64,000 bases of DNA from Escherichia phage vB-Eco-KMB39: the sequence record OR539219.1, one strand, 5' to 3'. Shown one piece after another: positions 29,075-38,080 of the stretch (positions within the stretch are counted from its first letter, which is position 1; each line of letters starts with the position of its first letter). The position numbers and the translations under genes are program-made. The notes beneath the pieces are model-generated. The model did not search any database. It was not told the DNA's origin and saw only the letters and a program-made list of their open reading frames with translations.

Positions 29075-29167
29075 TTCTGTATTTACCCATTACCGCACTT
29101 GGGCTCGACCTTATTACAGGTTGGCGGGAATCCCTCATAGAATCATGAGGTCCAGGTTGTTCCCATA

Positions 29168-29641
29168 TTATTTGAACGATTTAACGTACTGAATAGAACC
29201 TTTACTATTTACAAAGGCAATTTTACCATTTTTATTATACATGGTAGCAGTACGCTGATAGCCATAAGTTTGCTTACCAGATTGATAACCAACTAATGCA
29301 AAATTATCTTCACCCATTTTATTCTGTTTAGCGCGAATGCGTTCATGACCATGTGCCATAAGAACCTTAGCATCACCAGTTACAATGGATCGACGAGTTT
29401 TTTCATCTTCAACTGTATTAACAAAGTCGTCAAATGAATCAAATTTAGCATGAGATTTATTATACAGTTTTCCATCTACTGCATAATTATATCCCTGTAC
29501 ATCCATCTCAACTTCTGTACCATCATCCAATACAGCAGTAATTTTCTGTCCTTTTTTAAATTTCAAAAGATCAGTAAAAGATTCAGCAATAATTTGAGAA
29601 TTAATAGCTGCTTCAGTGATAAATTCTTGATATGTTTTCAT
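29168..29641 (-). CDS. Internal head protein (capsid-targeting-sequence family)
   Basis: N-terminus MKTYQEFITEA matches the T4 internal-protein targeting sequence with an ITE/A prohead-protease site; adjacent to e as ipIII is in T4. Confidence 0.6.
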   Translation of the reverse strand: MKTYQEFITEAAINSQIIAESFTDLLKFKKGQKITAVLDDGTEVEMDVQGYNYAVDGKLYNKSHAKFDSFDDFVNTVEDEKTRRSIVTGDAKVLMAHGHERIRAKQNKMGEDNFALVGYQSGKQTYGYQRTATMYNKNGKIAFVNSKGSIQYVKSFK

Positions 29642-29729
29642 GTGTTTCCTTTAAATATTTTAATTAGTAATTTGTCTCTTCAAGCAACTGTGAATATACT
29701 ATCACAATTCTAGGAGAAAGTAAACAACT

Positions 29730-30260
<531 letters not shown>

Positions 30261-30716
30261 TTAAAAGAGGCTGTTCATTATTCGGTAAAGTGAAGGACCC
30301 ATCACATATTGCCACTGAGTACGAGGAATAAGAGCAAAAGCATCCATCTCTGGAATCATAACGCCATCTTTATTTTCAAAATAAGACTCGCAATGGCAAT
30401 TTCTGAACATCTCATGCTCTACTGGAATCGTATAATAAAATAACTGTAAGTCTTTATTACTAGAATATTTAAATACACCTAGGTCTTCTAGAAGGTCTGG
30501 ATTATAATTGCTAAAACCGGTCTCTTCTAAGCATTCTCTTTTTGCAGCTTCCAGTGCATTCAAATCAGAACTTTCTACACGGCCCTTTGGAATATCCCAA
30601 CGATGTGCCATCATTCCAGGCTTACGAGAACCAGTAACCCGACCCATAAATAAATCTTTATCTTCTGTCATAAAGATAATACCAGCTGATAGTGTTTTCA
30701 TTTTAATTTCCTGCAT
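30261..30716 (-). CDS. nudE: Nudix hydrolase
   Basis: 151 aa; Nudix box GRVESSDLNALEAAKRECLEETGF. Confidence 0.85.
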   Translation of the reverse strand: MQEIKMKTLSAGIIFMTEDKDLFMGRVTGSRKPGMMAHRWDIPKGRVESSDLNALEAAKRECLEETGFSNYNPDLLEDLGVFKYSSNKDLQLFYYTIPVEHEMFRNCHCESYFENKDGVMIPEMDAFALIPRTQWQYVMGPSLYRIMNSLF

Positions 30717-31186
30717 TCAGTGATAAAGTTATTTAAATTTTGAGTATATTTCTTTTCATCAAAAATCTTTTGTTGTCTGCGTAGCCGCCATGGCATTTCA
30801 ATGAACGTGTACCATATCCCAGATAATATTGCTGCTGTAAAAATATTAACAAGTATGGTTAAAAGAATCCAATCTCCTATTCTGTCCATTGGATTTTTTA
30901 TAAAAAAGTAAAATACGAATGATGTCACAGGAAGACTAATAATATACCACAGAATCATAATCTTATCTGTGAACCAATCAGCGTTCGTTAACTTAGCGCG
31001 ACCATTATAAATACACACGAATTTATCATCTGTTGCAGTAGATGGCTTAACTGGTTGATATCCCATTCTAAACTCCCTAATTAACAAATTTTTCATATCT
31101 TCGGAACAGCCATTCCAGTCAACTCTATCAACTGGAATGCCATCATCCCCATCATCTAAATCATACCAGCGAGTTTTTAAAATCAT
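30698..31186 (-). CDS. Membrane protein (paralog family, C-terminal FITECRKLK)
   Basis: Hydrophobic helices; C-terminal motif shared with next two ORFs. Confidence 0.5.
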   Translation of the reverse strand: MILKTRWYDLDDGDDGIPVDRVDWNGCSEDMKNLLIREFRMGYQPVKPSTATDDKFVCIYNGRAKLTNADWFTDKIMILWYIISLPVTSFVFYFFIKNPMDRIGDWILLTILVNIFTAAILSGIWYTFIEMPWRLRRQQKIFDEKKYTQNLNNFITECRKLK

Positions 31187-31545
31187 TTAATTTTCCTGCA
31201 ATCGCTCACAAACTCTTTCATTGATTCATTTTCAATATAAGACATATAGTTATTATATTCTTTTAATTGTATTTTGTAATCCTTTTTTCTTTGCCAATTT
31301 ATTTTAAAATTATCATAATGAAAATATAGCATGGTGCCAAAGAATGAAAATAATGAAATCGCTATAGTAAAACGAAGTTCACTCCAAACCTCTGTTATAA
31401 TTGCTGAACCATCGATGTTTAAAATAATACAGTCAATCATTAATCCAATAAGACTACCAGCAAGAGCTGCAAATACTGACACGGCAAGAATTAATAGTGC
31501 CTCGGGAAACGAATATTTGACTTTATTTAGTTTTGGCTTTTGCAT
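31183..31545 (-). CDS. Membrane protein (paralog family, C-terminal FVSDCRKIK)
   Basis: Two hydrophobic helices; shared C-terminal motif. Confidence 0.5.
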   Translation of the reverse strand: MQKPKLNKVKYSFPEALLILAVSVFAALAGSLIGLMIDCIILNIDGSAIITEVWSELRFTIAISLFSFFGTMLYFHYDNFKINWQRKKDYKIQLKEYNNYMSYIENESMKEFVSDCRKIK

Positions 31546-31940
31546 CGTGATTCCTTAACAAATTTCATAATTTCATCAAATTCATGCATATCAAGTTTAA
31601 GCTGGTGTTCATTTTTAATCTTTTTACACTGAGCTTTCCATTCGCGTACACGTTTACGATAATGTCTTCCTTGATACCAGTATCCTACCCAATTTACAGG
31701 TACTAATAAAAATGGAACTACTAATGGAAGAATTAATACTGACAGAAATATTACACCAGATTCAATATCAGTCATAACGTCTATAACCATTCCAATAATC
31801 AATAGAATTACAAATGATATAGCTGTCACAGGACCTATTAATACATCGGTAGAAATTATCTGGTGCTTTGGTTCATACTTCAAAGGTTTACTTGGAAGGT
31901 ATAGTGATGGCTTTGACATATTCTCTACATTCCTTAACAA
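31527..31940 (-). CDS. Membrane protein (paralog family)
   Basis: Hydrophobic helices; C-terminal FVKESRCK related motif. Confidence 0.45.
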   Translation of the reverse strand: MLRNVENMSKPSLYLPSKPLKYEPKHQIISTDVLIGPVTAISFVILLIIGMVIDVMTDIESGVIFLSVLILPLVVPFLLVPVNWVGYWYQGRHYRKRVREWKAQCKKIKNEHQLKLDMHEFDEIMKFVKESRCKSQN

Positions 31941-32502
31941 ATTTTTCTAGTAATAAATCGCTTTCAAAATTGGGATTTTCCACGAATTTATCAAAAAGAT
32001 CATCAATAATAGTCAAGATATTCCTTTTATTAAGAATACGCTTATTTTCATATTCTGTTTCAGAGTCAACTATAAGAGTAAAGAAATATTTCTTTCCCTG
32101 AAATTTTACCGTAGTATCAATATAGAACAAATTTGACTTTTGTAAATTACGTTTAAACCATGCGTCACTTAAACTATAAACGCCAAGATAATCATAATCG
32201 TCATTTAAATAACAAACTGTCCATTCAGGAGAAATGAAATCAGTAAATTCAACATCAAAATCACACGTCAATGAATGAATTGATTCAATACTGTTAATGA
32301 GTATTCCAGGACGTATTAAAGACTTTTTACCTCTAGAAAATCTTCCAGAAAGACTTTCATCAGTTTCATATGAAGACCCCCAATAGTAATTACGTCCTTC
32401 TGCCATACGTTTAAGAGCATTTAATAATTGGTCTGGAACATCAACTCGTCTTTGGAACTCTTCAAACATTGAATTGAAATCACTTTGCATTTTCATTTTC
32501 AT
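31888..32502 (-). CDS. Hypothetical protein
   Basis: 204-aa ORF. Confidence 0.5.
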   Translation of the reverse strand: MKMKMQSDFNSMFEEFQRRVDVPDQLLNALKRMAEGRNYYWGSSYETDESLSGRFSRGKKSLIRPGILINSIESIHSLTCDFDVEFTDFISPEWTVCYLNDDYDYLGVYSLSDAWFKRNLQKSNLFYIDTTVKFQGKKYFFTLIVDSETEYENKRILNKRNILTIIDDLFDKFVENPNFESDLLLEKFVKECREYVKAITIPSK

Positions 32503-32543
32503 TCCTATTTACTCCAAATATAAGGGGCCGAAGCCCCTTATCA

Positions 32544-33137
32544 TTATTTCAGAGAATTAATGTATTCCTGAACATCGGCAGAGGTAGTTTCAACCCCGGA
32601 AATATTACCGTTAAAGGTTTCAACTCGAGCAAGAGTATCTTCAATATCAACCTTAGTTAGCGCTGCGATTTCAACTACATCATCAGCAGTACTAATTCCA
32701 AGGGCATTTGCCGCACGAGTTTCACGGATATATTCCAATTTAACTGCAAGTTCTTGGCGAGCATCATCTAACTCAACTACTTTCTTGGCGATTTCAATTC
32801 GCATTTCAGCATAACCGTCAGCCTTAGTAGTCAGCTGCTCAGCTGTTCGACGATATAGCAAACCGAGTTTAGCGTGCATTGTTACATCTTGACCTTCGGA
32901 AAGAAGTTTACGAATTTCACGCTCTTTTGATTCGGCTTGTCGATTCTTTTCGATAACAAGTTCACGAATACGTTTTTCTTCATTAATAGATTTAACAGAA
33001 GCAGTTTTTAGATCTTTAATTTTATCAAGTAGTTTTGCTGCTGCAGCAGTATACTGTTCTTCAACAGATAAATTTTTAGCCATAGCAGAACCAAGTTTAG
33101 TGCGAATAAACTCAACAATTTTCTTCAGTGTGTTCAT
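32544..33137 (-). CDS. Coiled-coil hypothetical protein
   Basis: 197 aa, largely heptad-like charged repeats. Confidence 0.5.
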   Translation of the reverse strand: MNTLKKIVEFIRTKLGSAMAKNLSVEEQYTAAAAKLLDKIKDLKTASVKSINEEKRIRELVIEKNRQAESKEREIRKLLSEGQDVTMHAKLGLLYRRTAEQLTTKADGYAEMRIEIAKKVVELDDARQELAVKLEYIRETRAANALGISTADDVVEIAALTKVDIEDTLARVETFNGNISGVETTSADVQEYINSLK

Positions 33138-33180
33138 AGTATTTCCTTAGGTTGATTAAAAATTAAAATCTGTGAAAGAA

Positions 33181-33711
33181 TTATATCATGCTATTTAAGA
33201 GATGTAAACTATTTTTAATTTTACAAATTCGTTCAGCTTCTTCAACAGCGGCGGCGATAATGCTTTTAGCTATAGGAGTACTAATACTAGTAGCTTTTAC
33301 ACTTAACACGATTTCTTTATCTTTACCAGGCCAACCCCACGATTTTTCACTGTGAGTGCCTTTAATTACAGCAGACACCTCAAGTGAGCATCCATTATCA
33401 TATGTTTTTACATTGACAACCCAAGGTTCACTTTTCTCAATCGGTTTCTCAATCGGTTTATCCCAGTAAATATTAAGAATACGTGGGACATCAAATTTGG
33501 CAGGACAAATCTTAACCGTAAGACCTTCGCTTTCTAGCCAATTAATAAGAGGGCGTTCATACAGGCGACGATGTGGGCTTGGGATTCGACAAGCCTTATG
33601 TCCGTTGCTTGCGGCTTCACTAAGCTGTTCTAATACCTGCTTTTGCATTATTGATAAGATACCATCAAAAGATTTTTCGGAAGTTTCATTCAGTTCGGTA
33701 TAAAGAGACAT
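33181..33711 (-). CDS. Hypothetical protein
   Basis: 176-aa ORF. Confidence 0.5.
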   Translation of the reverse strand: MSLYTELNETSEKSFDGILSIMQKQVLEQLSEAASNGHKACRIPSPHRRLYERPLINWLESEGLTVKICPAKFDVPRILNIYWDKPIEKPIEKSEPWVVNVKTYDNGCSLEVSAVIKGTHSEKSWGWPGKDKEIVLSVKATSISTPIAKSIIAAAVEEAERICKIKNSLHLLNSMI

Positions 33712-33766
33712 AACAGTTTCCTCAAATTATAGGCTCATAATATCTCAATCATGAGCCTATGTAAAC

Positions 33767-34030
33767 TTATTTCATATTATTAAAATATTCTTCTGCGATT
33801 TCGTCGTTATCATGGTAAACTTTAGAAGACAGTTTAACATAACCTTCAGCAATGAACATGTTAATCACAACCTTTACAGTATACCACTGACCATCTTCAT
33901 TACCCATTACTGCGTAAGTTTCAAACATCGGATGATCAGGACCGATAACTTTAATATCATTCACTGTACGACCGAAATCTTCTGAAACGCATTTCATAAA
34001 GAAGTTGAACAGTTCGCCGTAATTATCCAT
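33767..34030 (-). CDS. Small hypothetical protein
   Basis: ATG 34028-34030 with GGAG SD downstream of early promoter. Confidence 0.5.
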   Translation of the reverse strand: MDNYGELFNFFMKCVSEDFGRTVNDIKVIGPDHPMFETYAVMGNEDGQWYTVKVVINMFIAEGYVKLSSKVYHDNDEIAEEYFNNMK

Positions 34031-34074
34031 TTCATTCTCCAAGTTGTTTTTCTGTATCAGTAGTTGATAGTTGT

Positions 34075-34104
34075 ATAGTACCATGGAAGAACGGGGATGT
34101 AAAC
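34075..34104 (-). promoter_or_regulatory. T4-type early promoter (GTTTAC ... TACTAT); approximate
   Basis: Conserved module as at 17287, 18726, 22740. Confidence 0.55.
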
Positions 34105-34241
34105 CGTTTTGTGAAAAAATTTTTAAAAAGTTTTAGGGAATTCTAGGGCAGGGATGGGCAATTAAAGGATAGGATAATATATTATAAAGGGTATAAACTA
34201 AATGATGCCTAGAGAGGTCCAGAAAGGCCTAGATATCAAAA

Positions 34242-34265
34242 AGCCCCAACCTTTCGGTCGGGGCT
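34242..34265 (-). terminator. Intrinsic terminator hairpin (copy A of a repeated hairpin); approximate
   Basis: AGCCCCGACC-GAAA-GGTTGGGGCT followed by U-run on minus strand, directly after stop of 34272-34745. Confidence 0.55.
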
Positions 34266-34271
34266 AAAATG

Positions 34272-34745
34272 TTATTTGATTTGTTTAGCAGACCAAATGC
34301 GGTCTTTGATGATTTTTTGGATGTCTTCAACATACTCAAGAGAGTGAGCATGTGGGTTATCTTTGAAACTATAAGCACGAGCTAGCTTTTGGCCTTCGGT
34401 TTTGATTACTAAAAGCTCTTTAAGGATAGCTTCATATTTGGAGATAATTCCTTTAACAATATTTTTCTCTTGTGCGACTTTAGGATCTGCTTTAGGAGCA
34501 GGTTTACCCGAAGCCTTTGCAAAAGCAGCGCCAGTAGCAACTAAACTTTTCCAGGCCATACTAACCGCATTTCCTGTAAATCCTTCTGCTTTCATGTCGC
34601 GAGCAAATTGGAATCGCGATTCGTCAGAAGCATCTTTATAAGAATATTTACCCGCTGCAATGGCTGCTTTTGCGACAGCTTGAATTTCGGTGCTAGATGC
34701 TTCATTTAACACCGCTTCATTTAAAAATTGAGTATATGATTTCAT
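34272..34745 (-). CDS. Internal-protein-like protein with capsid-targeting-type N-terminus
   Basis: From ATG 34743-34745 (SD AGGAAAT): MKSYTQFLNEA... resembles the CTS; Ala/Lys-rich; 157 aa. Confidence 0.55.
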   Translation of the reverse strand: MKSYTQFLNEAVLNEASSTEIQAVAKAAIAAGKYSYKDASDESRFQFARDMKAEGFTGNAVSMAWKSLVATGAAFAKASGKPAPKADPKVAQEKNIVKGIISKYEAILKELLVIKTEGQKLARAYSFKDNPHAHSLEYVEDIQKIIKDRIWSAKQIK

Positions 34746-34798
34746 CTTATTTCCTGTTTTAATTCGTGGATTTAATATACTAATATTTATACTAAAAA

Positions 34799-34822
34799 GC
34801 CCCAACCTTTCGGTCGGGGCTA
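34799..34822 (-). terminator. Intrinsic terminator hairpin (copy B, identical to 34242-34265); approximate
   Basis: Same 24-nt hairpin plus A-run on plus side; ends the tRNA/small RNA transcript. Confidence 0.55.
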
Positions 34823-34864
34823 AGCCTTGCGGCAACCTTGTCGGGGTTCCACCTGCTAAGGCAA

Positions 34865-35135
34865 GTGTTTGTACGAAACGCCGGGATTCGAACCCGGTTA
34901 TTAAGTAGTTGACGCTACTCAATATTTTTAAAAGGCCATATCTCGACCATATCCGAACGTTCCGTCAAAAACGCTACTCGGCTTATGGCAAAGATATTTC
35001 CTCGAATCGATAATTCGGTGCGCCGTTTCTGCTGTGATATAAGGGGACATTAACAAAACATAAAGATTTATTAATGCCAGTCCTTAAACAGGGAACATCA
35101 GTCCGACGACTTGCCGGTAGCGACCCGGCTTCTTG
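34865..35135 (-). ncRNA. Possible small stable RNA / tRNA-like region downstream of tRNA-Arg
   Basis: Non-coding, between tRNA-Arg and terminator; contains tRNA-like T-arm CCGGGTTCGAATCCCGG near 34884-34900 but no full cloverleaf was resolved. Confidence 0.25.
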
Positions 35136-35137
35136 TC

Positions 35138-35213
35138 TGGTCGAGGCAGTAGGGATCGAACCTACGACCCAGGACTTAGAAGGTCCTTGCTCTTCCTTCT
35201 GAGCTATGCCTCG
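35138..35213 (-). tRNA. tRNA-Arg (anticodon UCU)
   Basis: Manual cloverleaf: 7-bp acceptor CGAGGCA/TGCCTCG, anticodon loop CUUCUAA, T-arm GTAGG-TTCGATC-CCTAC, 3' CCA encoded. Confidence 0.8.
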
Positions 35214-35217
35214 TATT

Positions 35218-35292
35218 TGGCGGACGTGATAGGATTCGAACCTATAACCAATCGCTTAACAGGCGATCGCTCTGCCATTGAGCTACACATCC
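35218..35292 (-). tRNA. tRNA-Asn (anticodon GUU)
   Basis: Manual cloverleaf: anticodon stem ATCGC/GCGAT, loop CUGUUAA, T-loop TTCGAAT, CCA encoded. Confidence 0.7.
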
Positions 35293-35296
35293 AAAT

Positions 35297-35383
35297 TGGT
35301 GGGGAGTGGTGGAGTCGAACCACCCGAGTCGCAATGACAATGAATTTACAGTCCACACCGCTACCCCTACGGGATAACTCCCC
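35297..35383 (-). tRNA. tRNA-Tyr (anticodon GUA), long variable arm
   Basis: Acceptor GGGGAGT/ACTCCCC, anticodon loop CUGUAAA identical to bacterial tRNA-Tyr, long extra arm, T-arm GGTGG-TTCGACT-CCACC, CCA. Confidence 0.65.
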
Positions 35384-35392
35384 AAATTAATT

Positions 35393-35467
35393 TGGTGGCC
35401 CTGGGTGGAATTGAACCACCATCTGGCGATTATGAGTCGCTTGCTTGAACCTTCCAGCTACAGGGCC
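35393..35467 (-). tRNA. tRNA-Ile (anticodon CAU, presumably lysidine-modified; Met not excluded)
   Basis: Anticodon loop CUCAUAA; acceptor GGCCCTG/CAGGGCC; CCA encoded. Confidence 0.7.
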
Positions 35468-35468
35468 T

Positions 35469-35544
35469 TGGTGCTGATTGACGGAATCGAACCGCCGACA
35501 TCCTCATTACAAGTGAGGTGCTCTACCTACTGAGCTAAATCAGC
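35469..35544 (-). tRNA. tRNA-Thr (anticodon UGU)
   Basis: GCTGATTTAGCTCAGTAGGTAGAGCACCTCACTTGTAATGAGG...; anticodon loop CUUGUAA. Confidence 0.8.
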
Positions 35545-35549
35545 AAAAC

Positions 35550-35639
35550 TGGCGGAGGCGATAGGATTTGAACCTATGAGTCGCCGGAGCGACTGCCGGT
35601 TTTCAAGACCGGTGCATTCAACCACTCTGCCACGCCTCC
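35550..35639 (-). tRNA. tRNA-Ser (anticodon UGA), long variable arm
   Basis: Acceptor GGAGGCG/CGCCTCC, anticodon loop CUUGAAA, long extra arm, CCA. Confidence 0.8.
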
Positions 35640-35653
35640 AAATATTTATATAT

Positions 35654-36262
35654 TTATATATTGTTAATTTGATTTAGAATTCTTTTTGCTTGAGTATGAC
35701 TTACGCCAATATGCTTAGCATATTTAGATAATTCGCCGCGTTTAGAAAAATCATATAATTTAGAAATTTCTATTCTTCTTTTTCTTTCATCCGCAGAAAC
35801 TTTTGCTTCGTTTGCTTTTGCTATTTTACGTTTAGCTTCTTGAGAATGAGTTTTACCAGCAAAGCCATTCTTCATTAATCCATTTGAAGACCATCCTTTT
35901 AATTTTCCGTTAGAATGTGCCTTTTTAACACCCAATGAAATTAATTCGCGTTGCTGATCTGTCATAGGATAATTATTTATATGATCCCATCCACCTTCAC
36001 CTCCAAGTTTTAAATTATACACATCTGGTCTATTTAAAAACTCTTCTGTGACAATATTTTTCTCGGCTTCAAGCATAGATTCTTTATCATCAAAATACTC
36101 TAATATTTCTTTAGAAAAATTTTCTATACCATATTTATCTTGGGCTCTTTTTAATAATTTACCAGAACCCATATATCCATCATCTAAATTTTCGGTAGAA
36201 TGCACACCAATATAAATTTTATTATTAATTTTATTTGTTATTTTATAAAGATAAAAATGCAT
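35654..36262 (-). mobile_element. segB: GIY-YIG homing endonuclease SegB-like, within the tRNA cluster
   Basis: N-terminal GIY-YIG motif (FYLYKITNKINNKIYIGVHS); sits between two tRNA sub-clusters as T4 segB does; start taken at ATG 36260-36262 (SD AGGGA), track ORF extends to 36304. Confidence 0.8.
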
Positions 36263-36308
36263 ATCAGTCCCTAATAAAGAACTGAGCGTCTCACGACGAG
36301 TCATAAAT

Positions 36309-36382
<74 letters not shown>

Positions 36383-36387
36383 AAATT

Positions 36388-36474
36388 TGGTGCGAGAAGT
36401 GGGACTCGAACCCACAAGGAAATAATTCCGCAGCATTTTAAGTGCTGTGCCTTTACCAATTTGACCATTCTCGC
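36388..36474 (-). tRNA. tRNA-Leu (anticodon UAA)
   Basis: GCGAGAATGGTCAAATTGGTAAAGGCACAGCACTTAAAATGCTGCGG...GGGTTCGAGTCCCACTTCTCGCACCA; long variable arm. Confidence 0.9.
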
Positions 36475-36476
36475 GC

Positions 36477-36548
36477 TGGGAATAAAGGACTCGAACCTTT
36501 GCATCCTGGAATCAAAATCCAGTGCCTTACCAACTTGGCTAATTCCCA
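36477..36548 (-). tRNA. tRNA-Gln (anticodon UUG)
   Basis: TGGGAATTAGCCAAGTTGGTAAGGCACTGGATTTTGATTCCAG...GGTTCGAGTCCTTTATTCCCAGCCA. Confidence 0.85.
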
Positions 36549-36634
36549 ATTATTAACAAAGGCTCTTTAGCAAGAACCCTTGATGATAGAGGGTATTAAT
36601 CAGTGCGGTATGAGTTAATAATAACAAATAATTC

Positions 36635-37150
36635 TTAAAGCAAATTAATCATTTTAACGGTCGGCAAAACAATTTCTTCTTCAATATAAGCGAATTCGAC
36701 GCTTTCAACTACACGTAGGAAATCATAGTCATAGTATTCAGAAGCATGACCAAGAATATCAATGAGGCCTTCAGATATCTTATTACCATTCACAAAGAAT
36801 AAGTCAAATACACGTTCTTCGTCTTCTTCGGATTTATTACCAAGGTCAACTTCTATATCAAAGACCTTTTTAATGAATTCTGGATAAAGCTGGTCTGAGA
36901 ACAGTCCTTCAACCAAGTATTCATAAATAAAAAGCGATTGCTCGCTGAACAAGCCATTACCACAATAACGTTCAGCTTTAGTACTAGAATGTCTACTTTT
37001 AAACTTCTTTAAAAGATATTGAAATTGTAAGATTTCATGCTCTTCTACGCCAAACAGTGTTTTAGTTTTATAGTTGTCACCATCATTTTCCCATGTAGTT
37101 ACATCAATCACATAACCCTGCGGAATTGTAGTACCTAAACAAACATTCAT
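36635..37150 (-). CDS. Hypothetical protein
   Basis: 171-aa ORF. Confidence 0.5.
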   Translation of the reverse strand: MNVCLGTTIPQGYVIDVTTWENDGDNYKTKTLFGVEEHEILQFQYLLKKFKSRHSSTKAERYCGNGLFSEQSLFIYEYLVEGLFSDQLYPEFIKKVFDIEVDLGNKSEEDEERVFDLFFVNGNKISEGLIDILGHASEYYDYDFLRVVESVEFAYIEEEIVLPTVKMINLL

Positions 37151-37440
37151 TTGCTCACCATATTAATGTAAGTATATTCAATACATTCAAGACCCAAAGG
37201 ATTCTTGAAAATATCATATTCAAGAGGACCTTTTTCCGTTTCAATAAAGAAATCAAAATTTACTGTATTAAATTTACGGTCTTCCTTCACTAATTTAACC
37301 TGAGAAGATGAACGGTCAATGTAAACCTTTTCAACTTCAAAACACGTTAAAATGCCATAATCATCAATCAAGGCTTTAGCTGCTTCTTGATCATATTTAT
37401 ATCCATTTTCAACGGACGATACTTTAGCATAAAGAATCAT
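37147..37440 (-). CDS. Hypothetical protein
   Basis: 97-aa ORF, ATGA overlap. Confidence 0.45.
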   Translation of the reverse strand: MILYAKVSSVENGYKYDQEAAKALIDDYGILTCFEVEKVYIDRSSSQVKLVKEDRKFNTVNFDFFIETEKGPLEYDIFKNPLGLECIEYTYINMVSK

Positions 37441-37442
37441 TA

Positions 37443-37832
37443 TCAGCCTTCATCAACAATAGTATGAGTGTGAGCATTTACAATTTGCCACCAATCAAAG
37501 CGATTAGAACCATACATCGGTTTGTTTTCATTTTCTTTGATAATATCACGGAGTTCATCTTCGGTAGCGGCTTTCGCGATTAAATCAGCATATCCACCAC
37601 GAGGATAATAATTATCACCTGCAAAAAGTAAAAAGTTTGGTTTAATGTTATTGAACTCTTCAAGAGTAATAACTTTTCCTGACGGTTGAACAATCTCTAC
37701 ATATTTATATCCCAATTTTTGAGCAGCATCTACTGCTTCAAGCAAAGTATCATGAGCCCATCCAATTTGACAACCTGGCTTTTCAGATGGATTAGCCTGA
37801 TAATCCGCATACACTTTATACATTCTATTCAC
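37443..37832 (-). CDS. Hypothetical protein
   Basis: 129-aa ORF. Confidence 0.5.
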   Translation of the reverse strand: MNRMYKVYADYQANPSEKPGCQIGWAHDTLLEAVDAAQKLGYKYVEIVQPSGKVITLEEFNNIKPNFLLFAGDNYYPRGGYADLIAKAATEDELRDIIKENENKPMYGSNRFDWWQIVNAHTHTIVDEG

Positions 37833-38010
37833 CTTTAGAAATTTTATCCATAACGATAGCGATTAAACCAATTAAAAATGCTACTACAAGTGAAAAAACG
37901 TTTTCTGCTGTAGTCAATAATCCGCATATAAATCCAACAAACATTGAAAAACTAAAAGCAGAAGCAGAAATTGCAATAGCAACATTTCGAATTAATTCAC
38001 AACGTTTCAT
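37825..38010 (-). CDS. Small membrane protein
   Basis: 61 aa, mostly hydrophobic. Confidence 0.4.
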   Translation of the reverse strand: MKRCELIRNVAIAISASAFSFSMFVGFICGLLTTAENVFSLVVAFLIGLIAIVMDKISKGE

Positions 38011-38038
38011 TTTATTCTCCTCAGTAGTTGATAGGGTA

Positions 38039-38068
38039 ATAGTATCACAACTAAAACCCTATGTAAAC
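38039..38068 (-). promoter_or_regulatory. T4-type early promoter (GTTTAC ... TACTAT) with A/T-rich upstream element; approximate
   Basis: Module near-identical to the one at 38369-38398, including downstream ATGTAAACAACTTTGTGAAATTATTTTAAATC. Confidence 0.55.
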
Positions 38069-38080
38069 AACTTTGTGAAA

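Noticed and set aside
35133-35390. Plus-strand ORF (85 aa) and the ORFs at 36301-36549 (minus) and 36308-36556 (plus)
   Set aside because: They lie entirely over tRNA genes; the reading frames are by-products of structured RNA sequence, and the first uses a TTG start.
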